From assembly GCA_013265495.1 (NCBI GenBank), contig MU061544.1:272214-336213 (forward strand): a stretch of 64,000 nt of DNA, in the 5' to 3' direction. The notes under the pieces are model-generated. The model had not been told where the DNA came from and made no database searches. It worked only from the letters and a program-made list of their open reading frames with translations. This document shows positions 1 to 12,150 of the stretch, piece by piece; positions within the stretch are counted from its first letter, which is position 1; each line of letters begins with the position of its first letter. A program made the position numbers and the translations under genes. The stretch is from Vicugna vicugna. Its lineage: Eukaryota.

Positions 1-479
1 GAGCTGCATGTGCCACTTTTCAATCATATTTCCAGAAATCAACTGAATATACCAAATAATTCCAAAGCATTTTTGTCCTCTCTCAACCCTTTGAATCTGG
101 GTTTCAGTGGGACCCAGTTTTAATCGCTCTTTAGCAGAAATTAGAAAGCAAGTCATAAACAGAAGCCTTAAGACAAAAATCAGTGCAGTTGTCATACTGT
201 ATTTTGGACTTTAGTGTTTGAAACAACCGTAAGGAAGTATTTTCATATTTTTGCCATCCGTTAAGGATTATGGAATCTAAAGTATTCCAAGCTGCTTTTG
301 TTTACCTTTTCTTTATTATCAAGATCTGAATAAAATCAAGATTCTTCTTAATTCTACCTGTTAGTTATTATGACTTCTTATACTATATACCTTCAACACT
401 CAAATTCCAATCCGTCCATTTGTTGAGAAAAGGAAGAGAAATAGGCCTGTTTAAAAATGAATGGATTTTATGAAGGCTT

Positions 480-959
480 TTGGGAGATGGTTCACAAAGA
501 TGCCAGAAACCACCTCTCCCATCCCAACATGCCCTCTGGCAATGGGACTTTTCCTTCCGCCCATCAGGAGGCAGTGCCTATATGCTCTCCTCTTAAATCT
601 GGGCTGGCCTTGTGACTTCCTTGGACAAATAAATAGAATGTGGTAGAAGAGACAGTGTGCAAACTCTGATTCACATTTCCCCCTAGCAAGTTCTGAGGAG
701 CCATGGCTGCCTGGCTGGAGAGCAACGTGAGCCAGAGGTCTTTTTCAGATGTATCAATCATTAGGCATGAGTGAAGCCTTTTTAAGTCATCCAGTCCCAG
801 TTGAGATCTGGATAACTGCTACTGCATGAGTTAGTTCAGCCAAAATAAATGAAGTAAACAACTAGCCAAGTGAGCGCTGCTACCCTACAGAAGTGAGACT
901 AAGAAATCTCTGTTGATTTTGCGGGGTAGCTGGATATGCAGGGATAGATAATGGATACA
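480..959 (+). mobile_element. ERVL-MaLR solo LTR (old MLT1 type, MLT1F-J-like)
   Basis: Contains MLT1-like CCCATCAGGAGG...AATCTGGGCTGGCCTTGTGACTT...TAGAATGTGG and ends GATAGATAATGGATACA like MLT1 3' ends; start approximate. Confidence 0.75.
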
Positions 960-1576
960 AGCCCCAAATAACACCATCTCCTTCCATCTAGTTATAATGA
1001 AAATGACATTCCTTTTCCTAAAACTGAATTTTCATCTTTGCCCATTGTCTTGCATTCTCAAGGGATCTTTCTTAGGTCGATTATGCTTCCTTTATCATGT
1101 ATATCATGTATATTTTCTACTACCTCTCTATTCTCTCCTATTCACATTTAAATGCCTTTTGTTCTGTCTTATCTTAAAATATACTTTTAAACCTATCATC
1201 ACCTCTAGTTAGAAGCACATCTCTTCTCTTCACTGCTCTTTACAACCCAACAATTTTAAAGAGTTGTTTACAATCAGTAATTTTACTCTGACTTCATCTT
1301 TTCAACTCACTGAAATCTGACCTCTGGAGCACCAATGAAACTGATGATCACCAATGATCTTGCTATCCCAAAATCTGGTAAAAAATTTTTTAGTATTTTT
1401 CTGACTGAATTTTCCTGCATCTCCTAATATTATGGGTCATTCCCTTGTCCTTTAACACTCTCCACCTTTGGCTTTACAGTACTTCATATTCCTCATTTTA
1501 CTCTAACAACTGTCCTGTCCTTCTTAGTGTCCTTTGATAATTTCTTTTATTCTGTTCACTGAGATTTCCTTTAGAC

Positions 1577-1800
1577 CAGTGGTCAGCAAATTATGACCTA
1601 CAGGCCAAATCCTGACCTCCACCTGTTTTTATAAATAAAGTTTCATTAGAGCACAGACTCACTCATTCACTCATGTATTGTCTAAAGCTTTGGTCAATGA
1701 CAAATGATTGAGCTGTGTAGTTGTAACACAGATCATGTGATCCACGAAGTCTAAAACGTTTTCTGTCTGGCCCTTTATAGGAAAAGTTTGCCAACCCCTG
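1577..1800 (+). mobile_element. MER58A (hAT-Charlie MITE)
   Basis: 224 bp; termini CAGTGGTCAGCAAA / TTTGCCAACCCCTG; internal GGCCAAATCC...CCTGTTTTTATAAATAAAGTTT. Confidence 0.9.
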
Positions 1801-1885
1801 ATGCAGAGCTCCAATAAGTTCCGTTCTCACTATATAACTTTCCTGGGTGAGTTCATTCTTCCCCATCACAAACACACAATGAAAT

Positions 1886-2477
1886 TGTTAGGTAGGTAGG
1901 GCATGGGGCAGATAGGTGGAGGAGAGGGAGGGCGGTCCAGAAGATGGTATTATGCCTGCCTCCAGCATAAAGGGACTTTACTTCTTCTAAATGAGTGCCA
2001 GCAAAAACAAAACAACAACAACAACAAAAAAAACCAAACTACCAAAAAACAAAAAAAAACCCAACTGGTTAAAACCCGACAGCTACGACTGGGCAGTAGC
2101 AGAAAGGACTTAACCGGACATGACCAAGGTTCATTGTATTATAATTAACATTGTGGTTAGGCCCCCTCGCCCACGGGTTTTTCTGTGTGCACCATGGGTA
2201 AGGACATGCGCAAAGGGCCCAAACATGACTAAGCATTCCAGGGACAAGAGCCGTCAACCAATCAAGAGACCACCTCTAAGTGAGGGTGTAAGAGAAGGGG
2301 GAGACAAAAACCTCCACTTTTCCTCCCTTGGATTAGCCTATCTCCCATTCTTGGGGGTGTACTCTTCCTTTCCTTCTAAATCTTTGAGATCTTTCACTAC
2401 ACAACGCACCATCTCCAGACAGCAAACTTGTCTTTCGGGTATGACAAGAACCCGGGTCTTAACCTTTTGGAGTAACA
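1886..2477 (+). mobile_element. Young ERV1-class solo LTR
   Basis: TGTTA...TAACA inverted termini; exact 4-bp TSD AAAT (1882-1885 / 2478-2481); CpGs retained; CCAAT at ~2258; strand inferred. Confidence 0.85.
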
Positions 2478-2497
2478 AAATTAATGCCCATATAGTG

Positions 2498-2591
2498 CTT
2501 TTTTTTTTCTTTTTGTGGCAGTAGTGAGGATTGAATCCAGGACCTCATGCGTGCTAAGCATGCACTCTGCCACTGAGCTATACACACCCCC
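2498..2591 (-). mobile_element. Vic-1-type camelid SINE (tRNA-derived)
   Basis: Reverse complement reads GGGGGTGTGTATAGCTCAGTGGCAGAGTGCATGCTTAGCACGCATGAGGTCCTGGATTCAATCC plus A-rich tail; ~22-bp TSD. Confidence 0.9.
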
Positions 2592-2639
2592 ACTGAAATT
2601 AATGTCTGTATAGTGGATAGCTCCTAAAGATCCTGTCTC

Positions 2640-3060
2640 CAACCCAGGTAATAGATTCAGATTTGTGTTGTATATTCACCCTTTATTTATTTATCCTACC
2701 ATCCATTTTTCTCTATGGAAAAACTGAGCTCTTTGGACTGGGCTCCCTTGCCCTTTGGTTTTAAGTCGGTTATTTCAAGTGAAGGCACTAGTAGGAAATG
2801 AGAGAGCAAAAGGAGAGAAAGGTCAAGATTTGTACTGCACTGGCTCCCCTTCATTGACAGACCATGGTTTTGCAGTGGTTTTCTTATTTTACTGAAGGCT
2901 ATATCTCTTGTCCTGTTGTCTTCTGCTGTTGCTAGCCTCAAGTGCTTCACTAATCTTTTTTGTTTCCTTAAACCCTACCTATATCTTATACCAGTCTTTC
3001 CTTAAAATCTCTGTAATTGTAAATGTTGGATATGCCTGTTACTTTTTTCCAGGATTCTGA
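2640..3060 (+). mobile_element. LTR33-like ERVL solo LTR
   Basis: GCTCCCTTGCCCTTTGG...GAAGGCACTAGTAGGAAATGAGAG...GCAGTGG...CTGAAGGCTAT resembles LTR33; boundaries approximate. Confidence 0.65.
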
Positions 3061-4399
3061 TATAGAACTGCCTAGTGGACATATAAACATAGTCAATTCA
3101 ACATAAGCTATCCAAAACCAAACTTATCTTTGCTGCTCCCAAACCATCTGCCAACGATAGCTCTTCTTCCTGTACTTCTGATTCTAAGAAATAAACTCAA
3201 CTTCTACCAGGTTCCCAATGCTACGAATCTGAGTATTTGTCTAGACCTTCCAATCTTTCACAGCCCAACAATAACCAGGTTTGATTGTTCTTACTAAGTT
3301 CATGTCAAGGCCACCAACGTGTCTTGCCTTAGCATGTGCAGCTCCTGATCACTATCCATGCCCCAGCTTCTCATCCCAACAGCCTATTTTTCAGAGCGTG
3401 ACCAGATTCAGTTTTCTAAAGTGAAAATCTGATTATGCCAGTCTCTTTCTTAAAACTCCTTAACTATCTGTCTAAAATAAAGGCCAAACCCTTTAACATG
3501 GCAGACCTGGTTCTCCATGATCTGAACTTGTTTACCTTCCCAGTCTCATCTCTTTCCACTTCCTACACTGCATTCCACACTCTGAGCCATATTCAAATTC
3601 CTTCTAGTTCTTTGAAGGTGCCACCCTTTTTTTTTTTTTTTGCTTCTGTCCCATGATAGCTGCTATTCTTCCCACCTTGAACACTTTTTCTCTCAACTTT
3701 ATTTGCATAATTTCTAGTTATCTTTCACATCTCAGCTTAGAGTTCACTCCTCCCAGGAAGTCTTCCTTTAACATCACCCCTGCTGTGTTCTACTCAGTGC
3801 TAAATAAGACTTCTATTGTAGCAGCAATTGCATTATTTGATAATGTGTTTTATACTCTTCTACCAGGCTATAAACCCCATCTATGTTATTCACCACTATA
3901 TCAAAAGCATGTACCACATGCCCATACTTACCATATTAATACAGATAAAAAGTAAATTAAATTATCTGGATCATAAAATGATTTAGTATTTTGAATTGTA
4001 AGTGACGCTTGTAGATTAGATTCAATTTCATGGCAAATATTTCATGGCACCTAATACATGCATGACACTTGCAAATATCCTCCTTTCAATGTACTTGGTA
4101 GAATTCAGTTTTCTAAGGTAGATCTTTGTGACCCTAAGTAGTGTCATAGTGGTCACAAGGTGTAGTATACATAGAAAGTGTTCTGGTAACTTATACATGT
4201 CACAAGGGAAGGTGAATTATGACTTTGGGAATTTAAACTGCTTGAATATCCTAAATGAATAAACAGTAGTCCACTTATATGCCTTTCTACCATGAAGCTT
4301 CCAGAATTAGGGTTCCTGTACTCAGAATCCTTAAAAAATGCTAGATTAAGATATCCACTTAAGCTAAAGAGACATATTCAAGTTACAAATGTTGTTAAA

Positions 4400-5360
4400 T
4401 CGAGAACCTCATCTACAATATGAAGAGAAAAACAAGTATCACCATGCATTTGAGGAAAATCAAAGCATGAAAGAGAGGTGCCAAACTCAACAAAATAAAC
4501 TCACAATGAGACAGTTCAAATAGAAAACAAAACATATTTAAAATAGGTATAATGCAGATCTTCAAAGTAATGCCAGCAGATATCACATCCAAAAGATTTT
4601 GAGGATGAAATAATTGTATGTAATTCAAATTTAAATCATTTTTTTCTGAAGTTAAAAACTCAAAATGAGAGGTTAAATTATAGAAAGGATGATTTCAGAG
4701 AATCAAATTCATGAGCTGGGGAATATTTCAAAATTCAAGGGAAAAGAAGGGGATGATAAATATGAGAAAAATATGAAGTAACAGAGAGGATAAAACCAGA
4801 CACACCAGAACCCATTTAAAAAATTAATAAACAGAAACCTCAATTAAAAAGAGTCAGGAGACTGGAGTGGGGGAGCTCTCATGCCCTAAGAAGTTGGCAG
4901 AGCCCAACAGGAAGAAGAACGATGCCTCTTCTTTCTGCAGGGACTCAACCAATGAAAAGCCACGGACTTTTTGTTCACTAGAGCCCCCCACCCAACTTCC
5001 TTTTCCTCTCTATGAAAGCATCCCCCTTCCTTTGGCATGTGAGGACTTGCATCTGGGTCACCATGATTACAGACCCCGAATTGCTATTCTCTGTTGATCC
5101 CAATAAATCCATCTTTGCTGGAGAAATATCTGGAAATGTATTTGTCTTAGGTCAACATATCCAGTGAAATTTTTGTACAGAGATAACAAAGAACAAAGGA
5201 GAGGGAAAGAAATACTAAAAAATATAGACAAAAGTTTTATGATCTGATGAAAGAACTATATATATTCAGATTCAAAGAGGCAATTTAATGATAAGCACTA
5301 AAAAGGACAAAAGATTCAATTCTAGGCCTACTTCTGGGGAAATTTCTGACACTTACATCA
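4400..5360 (+). mobile_element. Old L1M ORF1-region fragment, interrupted by an ERV1 LTR
   Basis: A-rich degenerate L1 ORF1-like sequence on both sides of the LTR (e.g. TTCAGATTCAAAGAGGC). Confidence 0.5.
4823..5157 (+). mobile_element. ERV1-class solo LTR
   Basis: CCAAT box (~4949), AATAAA at 5102, ends TTAGGTCAACA; 5' end eroded. Confidence 0.7.
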
Positions 5361-5699
5361 AAATATTTATCACTATTATATCAGAAGACATTCCAGGAGA
5401 GATTCCAACTCTCCTTTTAAATCCTTCCCATATGAACCTTCTGACAGAAAATCAAAACATTTTTACCATATGGTACAATTACACTTGAATTCCAATTGAT
5501 ACAATAAAAAGTGAGCCACATCTTTGTTTAATAACAATTTTGAGGCACTGGGGCCATTTTTCTACTCTGAATGCCTGTCCCACTTCTCCTCCTGGTACCC
5601 TAGTAAGTTAAGGAAGGTGAGGAATCTATTATTTCAGTTTGAGATTATCTCACCCTTCCTTCTGACAGGCTCCCTCTGCATTAGAAAATGGGGGGGGGG

Positions 5700-7650
5700 G
5701 TAAATTCCTGCATTAAATTCCCACGTTAACAAGAATTTGTTTTACGAATAATTTTAAATTCCCCTAAGCACATCCACCTTACTTTTGGTATATAAATAAG
5801 TCATAAATCTACTCTCCTACCCTTGAAACAGAAGGTAGATTATAAGTATTGGTGATTTCATTCCTACAAGGAGTCCTCACTGTTATAGCAATACTAGAAG
5901 ATTCTGCCATGTATCAGTTTCTGTTCTAGCATGGAGTGACATGTGGCCGGTCAACTTAATTTCTACAAAGCATATTTAAGTTTAGCTGAATACCAAGTGA
6001 GCTTCTCAGATATCTCACTTCCTTTGTTCATCCCTAAAAGATTATGAAATAAGAGGAAGACAATGGTGTAAATCCTTATGGGATTATAGGCACACACTAA
6101 CAATTCCACTTATCGTCTACAAAGTTTCTTCTGCTGAGTGGCAATTCATGTTAAAAAAAAAAAAGATAGTGAAATGTGGTTAATTCTCTCTTATTGGGTA
6201 TTTTACATTTTATTGTGGATTATAGGGGGAAATTCTGCCCCTCTACATTCTAGAGAGCTATGTCCTTTCCTGAGAAAACAAGTCTCCAAATTTAACCCTT
6301 GATCAGATTGAGTTCTACCACTGAAAACATATTGTGAATGGTGCTTCACCCAGAATAACACAATGGTAGATGCCTTCTGGTCCCTGATGAAATAAGCCTG
6401 TGCACAGTTGGTGAAGTGAGCATCATGACAAGTGAGATGGAGTCTGTGCACTCTGATTGCAGGTACTAGTAGCTCTGAAAAGTCTCCAGACATCTGACCT
6501 GACTATCTTTTGCTGTTATCAATTCAAATGACTGGGTCCAGATTTGTTCTCAAGCATCTGGTCTCACCAGGTAACTGGAGTCATCAGATAACATTCTCCA
6601 ACACACAGAGAATGGTATGCTGGTGATGATATCAATAATTGTAATTACATTTGCACTAGGCACTAAAGTACTTAGCAGAACTCCTAGTCATGAATGCACA
6701 TCTACTTTAGTTATGCAATAATAGTTTCAATGCATTTAGAGATACCCCTGGCTCTTTTAGCAAAGAGCTATTGGTCCTTTCCCTTTTCATCTTCTCTCAG
6801 CTAGGAACTAGTTCAATGTTTACTTCTCCACTCTTTCAGTCTGGCTGAAGTAGCTGTCATTTGCTAGTGGCACAGGTTCTATGGTTACCATGGACATTGC
6901 CATAGGAGGAAGATGCAAAAACTCATCTGATAAAACAGATAAACAAGGACCTGCTGTAAAGCACAGGGAACTATATTCAATTTCTTGTAATAAACTATAA
7001 TGAAAAAGAATCTGAAAAGAAAATATATAGACATACGTATATGCATAACTGAATCACTTTGCTGTATACCAGAAACTAAACCTGCAAAATCAACTACACT
7101 TCAATTAAAAGTTAAAAAAAAACCCAAAAACTCATCTGTACCACATTTTCCCCTTTAGTGTCACAAATTTGTCCTTCCTTTTTAGGAAATATAATGTTCT
7201 AATACATTTTTGTGCCTAGGAAGTAGGAAAACACATCTATAGCTCTTTGATACTCAATATGATATACAATGAATGTGGAATTTTCAGTTAGTGTAGCCAC
7301 CCATTCGCTGTCACATATTTTCTGTGTGGCCTGGTAACGTTTTCTGTTAAGTGGACTGTTGCCATCCTCTACTTCAAAAGGCATCCTCAAACTTGACAGT
7401 GAGAGATCATTTGGGCTCAAGAATTCCTTTTCCACAGTACAGAATTTAACTCTTAAATAATTTTGACCAGTGCCATATCTTACTTCTCTTTGACCAGACA
7501 AGATGCAGTCTACGTGGGAAATGGAGGACTGTGTGATATCAGGATAACTGATGACAGTGTTCAGGATTAGATTCACCTTAGGTGCCACCTCAGTCTCTCG
7601 ATACCCGTCATCTCTACAGCCCTTGTCTATGGCTTTCCACATCCCTTCCA
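5700..7650 (-). mobile_element. Fossil Ty3/Gypsy retrotransposon pol (RNase H + integrase), probably MamGyp-int
   Basis: Minus-strand translations, in pol order: VISYPDITQSSISHVD, EKEFL, FEVEDGNSPL, EWVATL (RNase H); DAHFTNCAQAYFIRDQKAST, SDQGLNLE, RISPYNPQ*N, ERINH, LVCAYN, SYFIIFR (integrase core). Confidence 0.85.
6930..7124 (+). mobile_element. 5'-truncated cetartiodactyl-type L1 3' end
   Basis: AGCACAGGGAACTATATTCAAT motif, A tail, exact 14-bp TSD CAAAAACTCATCTG (6916-6929 / 7125-7138). Confidence 0.9.
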
Positions 7651-7685
7651 CTACACACACCAGCCACTGCTGAAGTTGCAAATTT

Positions 7686-8143
7686 TGTGTGACTATCTGC
7701 AAGATCTCACTTCATTTATTCATTTTTTTATGGTTTTTTTTTTTATGGTATGCCTCCAGCCTCCCATCTGGAACTTCCCTGTTCACCGAGGTAGGAGACC
7801 AAAGTGCAACCCCGAAGTGTGCGGGAGTTGAAACCCATGGTGAAGTTTTAACTAATGGGATCAGAAGCCAGTGAATACAACTCTTACTGCTCTTCCCTCC
7901 AGTCAACTTTCCTGAGATTCATTCATTCATAAAACTTCTCATAAAAAAGTCCATAGAGGTTGAATAATAACTTATATCTGATGCCAAGTGGAGGCCAGTT
8001 TGGTAATCCATCCTCATACTGTCTCCTTCCCCTGACTCAGTCTTCATTTTCTTCACTCTTGCTTCCCTGGAATTTCACTACCTAATAAGCTACCAGAGTA
8101 TAAGATTTCCCTCAGGCTTTGCTTTTTAGAGAACCCAGCCTGC
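7686..8143 (+). mobile_element. LTR16-type ERVL 5' LTR
   Basis: GGGAGTTGAAACCC...AACTAATGGG...GCTTCCCTGG...CTCAGGCTTTGCTTTTTAGAGAACCC resembles LTR16; followed by a tRNA-Leu-like PBS. Confidence 0.75.
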
Positions 8144-9165
8144 TGGTTTGTATCAGGAGTGGCCCTGAAAACAGACATATCCCATCTCTTGGATGGATTT
8201 TTGGACTTGGCTTACCCCCCAGATCAACGCCAAGAGGGACGGCATTTCTGGTGATAGGTGAGGTGGTCCTAACCCATGCCGTGCAATGGCATTACAATTA
8301 AAAAGGCTTTTATCAAACCTCTGGTTAATTGGGATGAAATGCAGGTTGACGTGAGATTTTGGAATATATGGTTGCTATGGCAATTTAACTGTATGAGGCC
8401 AAAGCTAATTTAGAATGATTGTAGAGTAGGCTGGCTTCTGTTAATAGCACTGAAATCTTAGCAAAAATGAAATGAAAGTTTCAGAGAAGCCAACTGACAA
8501 TGGATGGTGTGCTGTAAAAGCCAGAGGGCCTCTCATTCCCAACAGCTGCAAGGCAGACAGACCCAGATCTTGCTATAAACAAACTATTTTACACACATAC
8601 AGACAGACACAGACACACACTTATAAGATGTCATGGAAAATATGGTAAACAATGATCGGATATTTGATAGTTTTAAGGAATTATTATTCCCTTTTGGTGT
8701 TACAAAAGTACTTTTTTAATAATAAAAAGTGTCTCATCTTTTTGAAATCTATATATTGAAATATTTACAAATAAAATACTGATGTCAGAAATTTGCTCCA
8801 AAATGATCAGGTGGTAGGAATAAGTGGAGGTATACTTACAACACGATTTGTGATGCATTGATAATTGCTGAAGCTAGGTGATGGGTGCATGTGTCTTCAT
8901 TTTACCATTATATCTATGTCTATAAATATTTGAAAATGTCAAGAGCATATATTAATATTTTAAAACATCAGGCCGAGGATTTGATTGTTAAATGTAGCAG
9001 AAGTCTAAAAGAGTTGGGATATGTGGTGTCAATAGTGCCCTATGACAAAGTTAAGACTCTGATGGGAAAAGAAAGGAACCCTGAAATTTGGAAAGGGAAC
9101 ATATGGGAGGATAATCCTGAGAATACCATACTCACCAATCCCCCTACATCCTTCAGGCCAACAGA
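8144..9165 (+). mobile_element. ERVL internal (ERV3-16A3-like) leader and gag remnant, split by an L1 insertion
   Basis: PBS-like TTGTATCAGGAGTGG (8148-8162); gag peptide QAEDLIV...YDKVKTLMGKERNPEIWKGNIWED (to 9112) resembles the ERVL gag KVRALIGKEWDP..W.GD.WED motif. Confidence 0.75.
8640..8960 (+). mobile_element. L1MC4/L1ME-type 3' UTR
   Basis: GGATATTTGATAGTTTTAAGGAATTATT...GATAATTGCTGAAGCTAGGTGATGGGTGCATG. Confidence 0.7.
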
Positions 9166-9686
9166 AACAATCCCCTCCACTTCTAGGTTTATACCCCACA
9201 TAATCAAAAGTAGGGACTCAAGCAGATATTTATGCACTGACAGAGCAGCATTATTCACCAACAGTCAAAGGTGGAAACAACCCAAATGTCCATTGACGAT
9301 GAATTGAGAACTAAATGTGGTATATACATACAATGGAATATTCAGCTTTCAAAAGGAATGAAATTCTGATTAATACTACAACATGGATAGTGAGAACATT
9401 ATGCTAAGTGAAATAAGCCAGACACAAAAGGATCAATATTGTATGTTTCAAATTATATGAGGTACCTAGGATAGTTAAATTTATAGAAACAGAGAGAAGA
9501 AGAGTGGTTATCAGAGGCGAGGGGGCAAAGGGAAAGAAGAGTTGTTTAATCGGTACAAAGTTGGTTTGCGATAATGAAAAATTTCTAGAGATGTTTGATG
9601 GTGAATGTTCTTAATGCCACTGAACTATACATTAAAATGATCTGAATTCTAAATTGTATATTATGTGTATTTTATCACAAGAAAAA
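9165..9686 (+). mobile_element. L1MB-type ORF2 end and 3' UTR
   Basis: GGAAACAACCCAAATGTCC...ATGCTAAGTGAAATAAGCCAGACACAAAAGG...CTTAATGCCACTGAACT. Confidence 0.85.
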
Positions 9687-10035
9687 TGATTTTTATGACG
9701 AATTTTTGTGTGTTCTATTTTAAGAAATTTCTGCCTAGCTCAATGCTGCAAAGATGTTCTCCTATGATTCCTTCCAGAAGTTTTATAGTTTTCTGTCCAG
9801 ATGTTTTATGGTTTATGTGTGATCCATTTCAAGTTATTTCTGTACAATATAAGGTAAGGGTCAAAGTTTATTTATTTCTATATGGTTATTCAGTTGTTCC
9901 AGCATCATTTATTGAAAAGTGCGTCCTCTTTACATTGAAACACCATGGCACATTAGATGAAAATCAATTTACTATACTGTATTCCATTGACTTATATGTC
10001 AATTATTATGATAATATCATGCTGTTTTGATTACT

Positions 10036-10160
10036 GGGGGGAGGGGGGAAGGTTGAATTTCTTTCTTTCATTCTTTTTTAGTGAAGGTACTGAGGATTGA
10101 ACCCAGGACCTTGTGCATGCTAAGCACATGCTCTACCACTGAGCTATACCCTCACCTCCC
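10036..10160 (-). mobile_element. Vic-1-type SINE
   Basis: GGATTGAACCCAGGACCTTGTGCATGCTAAGCACATGCTCTACCACTGAGCTATACCCTC. Confidence 0.9.
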
Positions 10161-10161
10161 A

Positions 10162-10294
10162 ATTTTTTTTTTTTTTTTTTTTTTGGGGGGGGGGTAACTA
10201 GGTTGGTTTGTTTGTTTTAATGGAGGTACTGGGGATTGACCCCAGGATCTCCTGCATGCTAAGCACAGGCTCTACCACTGAGCCATACTCTCCC
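10162..10294 (-). mobile_element. Vic-1-type SINE, head-to-tail with the previous copy
   Basis: Long T tract, tail GGTAACTAGGTT..., body GGGGATTGACCCCAGGATCTCCTGCATGCTAAGCACAGGCTCTACCACTGAGCCATAC. Confidence 0.9.
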
Positions 10295-11974
10295 TGACTG
10301 ATTACTATTTATTAACAATTAGTTTTCACATCATAGTTGATTCACAGTTAGTATAAGTCTTCCAGCTTTATTGTTTTTCAAATGATTTTGGCTATGTGAG
10401 TTTCTTTGCATTTCTATATAAATTCTGCAATTAGCTTGTCAATTTCTACAAAAAGCTTGCCTGCTGTGGCTTTTACTGGAATTGCATTGACTCTATATAT
10501 GAATTTGCACAGAATCAACATGTTAATAAGATCTAATCTTCAAATGTATGAACATGGTACACTCTCAAATTATTTAGTTTTTTAAAGTATTTTTTCTCTA
10601 AGCAATGCTTTGTAGTTTTTAATGTAGAAATTGTACACCTACATTTTTATACCTTACCTAAGCATGTCATGTTTTGGGATGTGATTTTCAATTTTTAATT
10701 GTTGGTTTATAAAAATGCAACTGAATTTTTCATGTGATCTTGTATCCTGCAACCTTGCTTAACCTACTTAACAGTTAGAAAATCCTAAGCAATCTCCAAA
10801 AAGATTTTACAAGTGCACAATTGTATTCTTTACATTTAAAAGTTTTATGTCTTCATTTCTAATCTCTATGACTTTTGTTGCTTTTCTTTGCCTTCTCAGT
10901 GGCGAGGTTCCCTCAGTAAATTATTGAATAGAAGTGGCAGGAATGAACATTTTTGTTTTGTTCCTGATTTTAGGGGTAAAATTTAGTATTTCACTAATAA
11001 TACGACTTTAGCTATAGAATTTTTCATAGATGCCCTTTATCAGGTTCAGGAAGCTCCCTAAAAGAACTTTCTAGTTTGCTGAATATTTTTATCATAACTA
11101 GGTACTGGAATTTATCAAATTATTTTTCAGCACATATTAAGATGACACTATGGTTTACAGCTAAGGAGCCAGTAGGATTGTACTTACATATCTCAGCTAC
11201 TGCAACTTAGATTGGTAGAAGGAGAAATAAGGAATGAAAAATAGTGGGCAAAATAGCAACTAGGAAGGAAGATGCTAGTAGAGGGTATTGTGAAGTCAAT
11301 CAAGAGGGTGGCAGAGTTTGAAGGATAGGAGAAGGACTCCAGAGGTAAATTTTAAGTTAGGAAACTTGGAGGCAGAACTCCAATTGGTGTACAGATGTAC
11401 TGATTTCCATAAAAGAAGATTCAGAAATATGAAAAGAAGAAGAAAGTAGGTCTGTAGGTACATTAGACTCCTAGAATACTAGATTTTAAAAGCACTTTGT
11501 AGTTTATCTAACTTTTTGACCCATTCTATGTTTGAAAGTTTTCCATAACATGAGTCCAGAGAACATTTATTAAATATAGACACATTAGTGGTAGGATATC
11601 TTCTATATGTTTTTTAACATATTAAATATCTATATTTCTTGCATTTATTAGGCATTGTTCTACTCTTTGACAACAAATAGAACTCATTTGACATCCTGAA
11701 ATAGAGCTGCTTTGAGAATACTGAAGAATAATTAGAGAAACTTGGTAGAACTTTGGTGTGTTGACAAGTGGATAGGAAAGAGTAAAAAGGACAATTACCT
11801 AACCTCAATGGTGTTGATACATTATCCATAATAAAGAAAAAAAAAAAAAAACTTGGTTAAAGGCAGTAGGTGTCTTTTCATAGTAGCAGTACTATTACTA
11901 CTTTCAATGTTGTTGTTATTGTTTTAGAATTTGTTAATCTCTGTAGAACAATCAGATGAGTTATCCAGAAAGTG

Positions 11975-12150
11975 ACTAGAAATGTGAGTCTTGCCCATTT
12001 TTACCTATTACCAAGTGATGAGTGCACTTCTTGGACATGATTATTTAATACTAATGTTTTCACATCTCTGAAATAGGAATAAAACACCTACCTCACAGGG
12101 TGACTGTAAGAATAAAATGAACTAATGTGTATGAAGTGCCAAGACTACTT
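11975..12150 (+). mobile_element. MIR SINE
   Basis: MIR core-like TTTCACATCTCTGAAATAGGAATAAAACACCTACCTCACAGGGTGACTGTAAGAATAAAATGA. Confidence 0.75.

Larger units (their letters stand above)
1200..3960 (+). mobile_element. L2 LINE (RT region to 3' end), fragmented by MER58A, an ERV1 LTR, a SINE and LTR33
   Basis: Degenerate L2 RT-region signature CAACTCACTGAAATCTGAC...GAAACTG...TCACCAATGATCTT at ~1300-1370; L2 3' region at ~3070-3960. Confidence 0.7.
9700..11155 (-). mobile_element. Old L1 ORF2 fragment containing two SINEs
   Basis: T-rich antisense L1 ORF2 (TTCCAGCATCATTTATTGAAAAG; GGAATTGCATTGACTCTATA; TTGTTCCTGATTTTAGGGG). Confidence 0.85.

Noticed and set aside
1903..2524. ORFs of 81 and 134 aa
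   Set aside because: They lie within or run out of a solo LTR and its A-rich tract; no recognisable protein
8885..9307. 140-aa ORF as a gene
   Set aside because: Chance chimera of an L1 3' UTR, an ERVL gag remnant and an L1 ORF2 end
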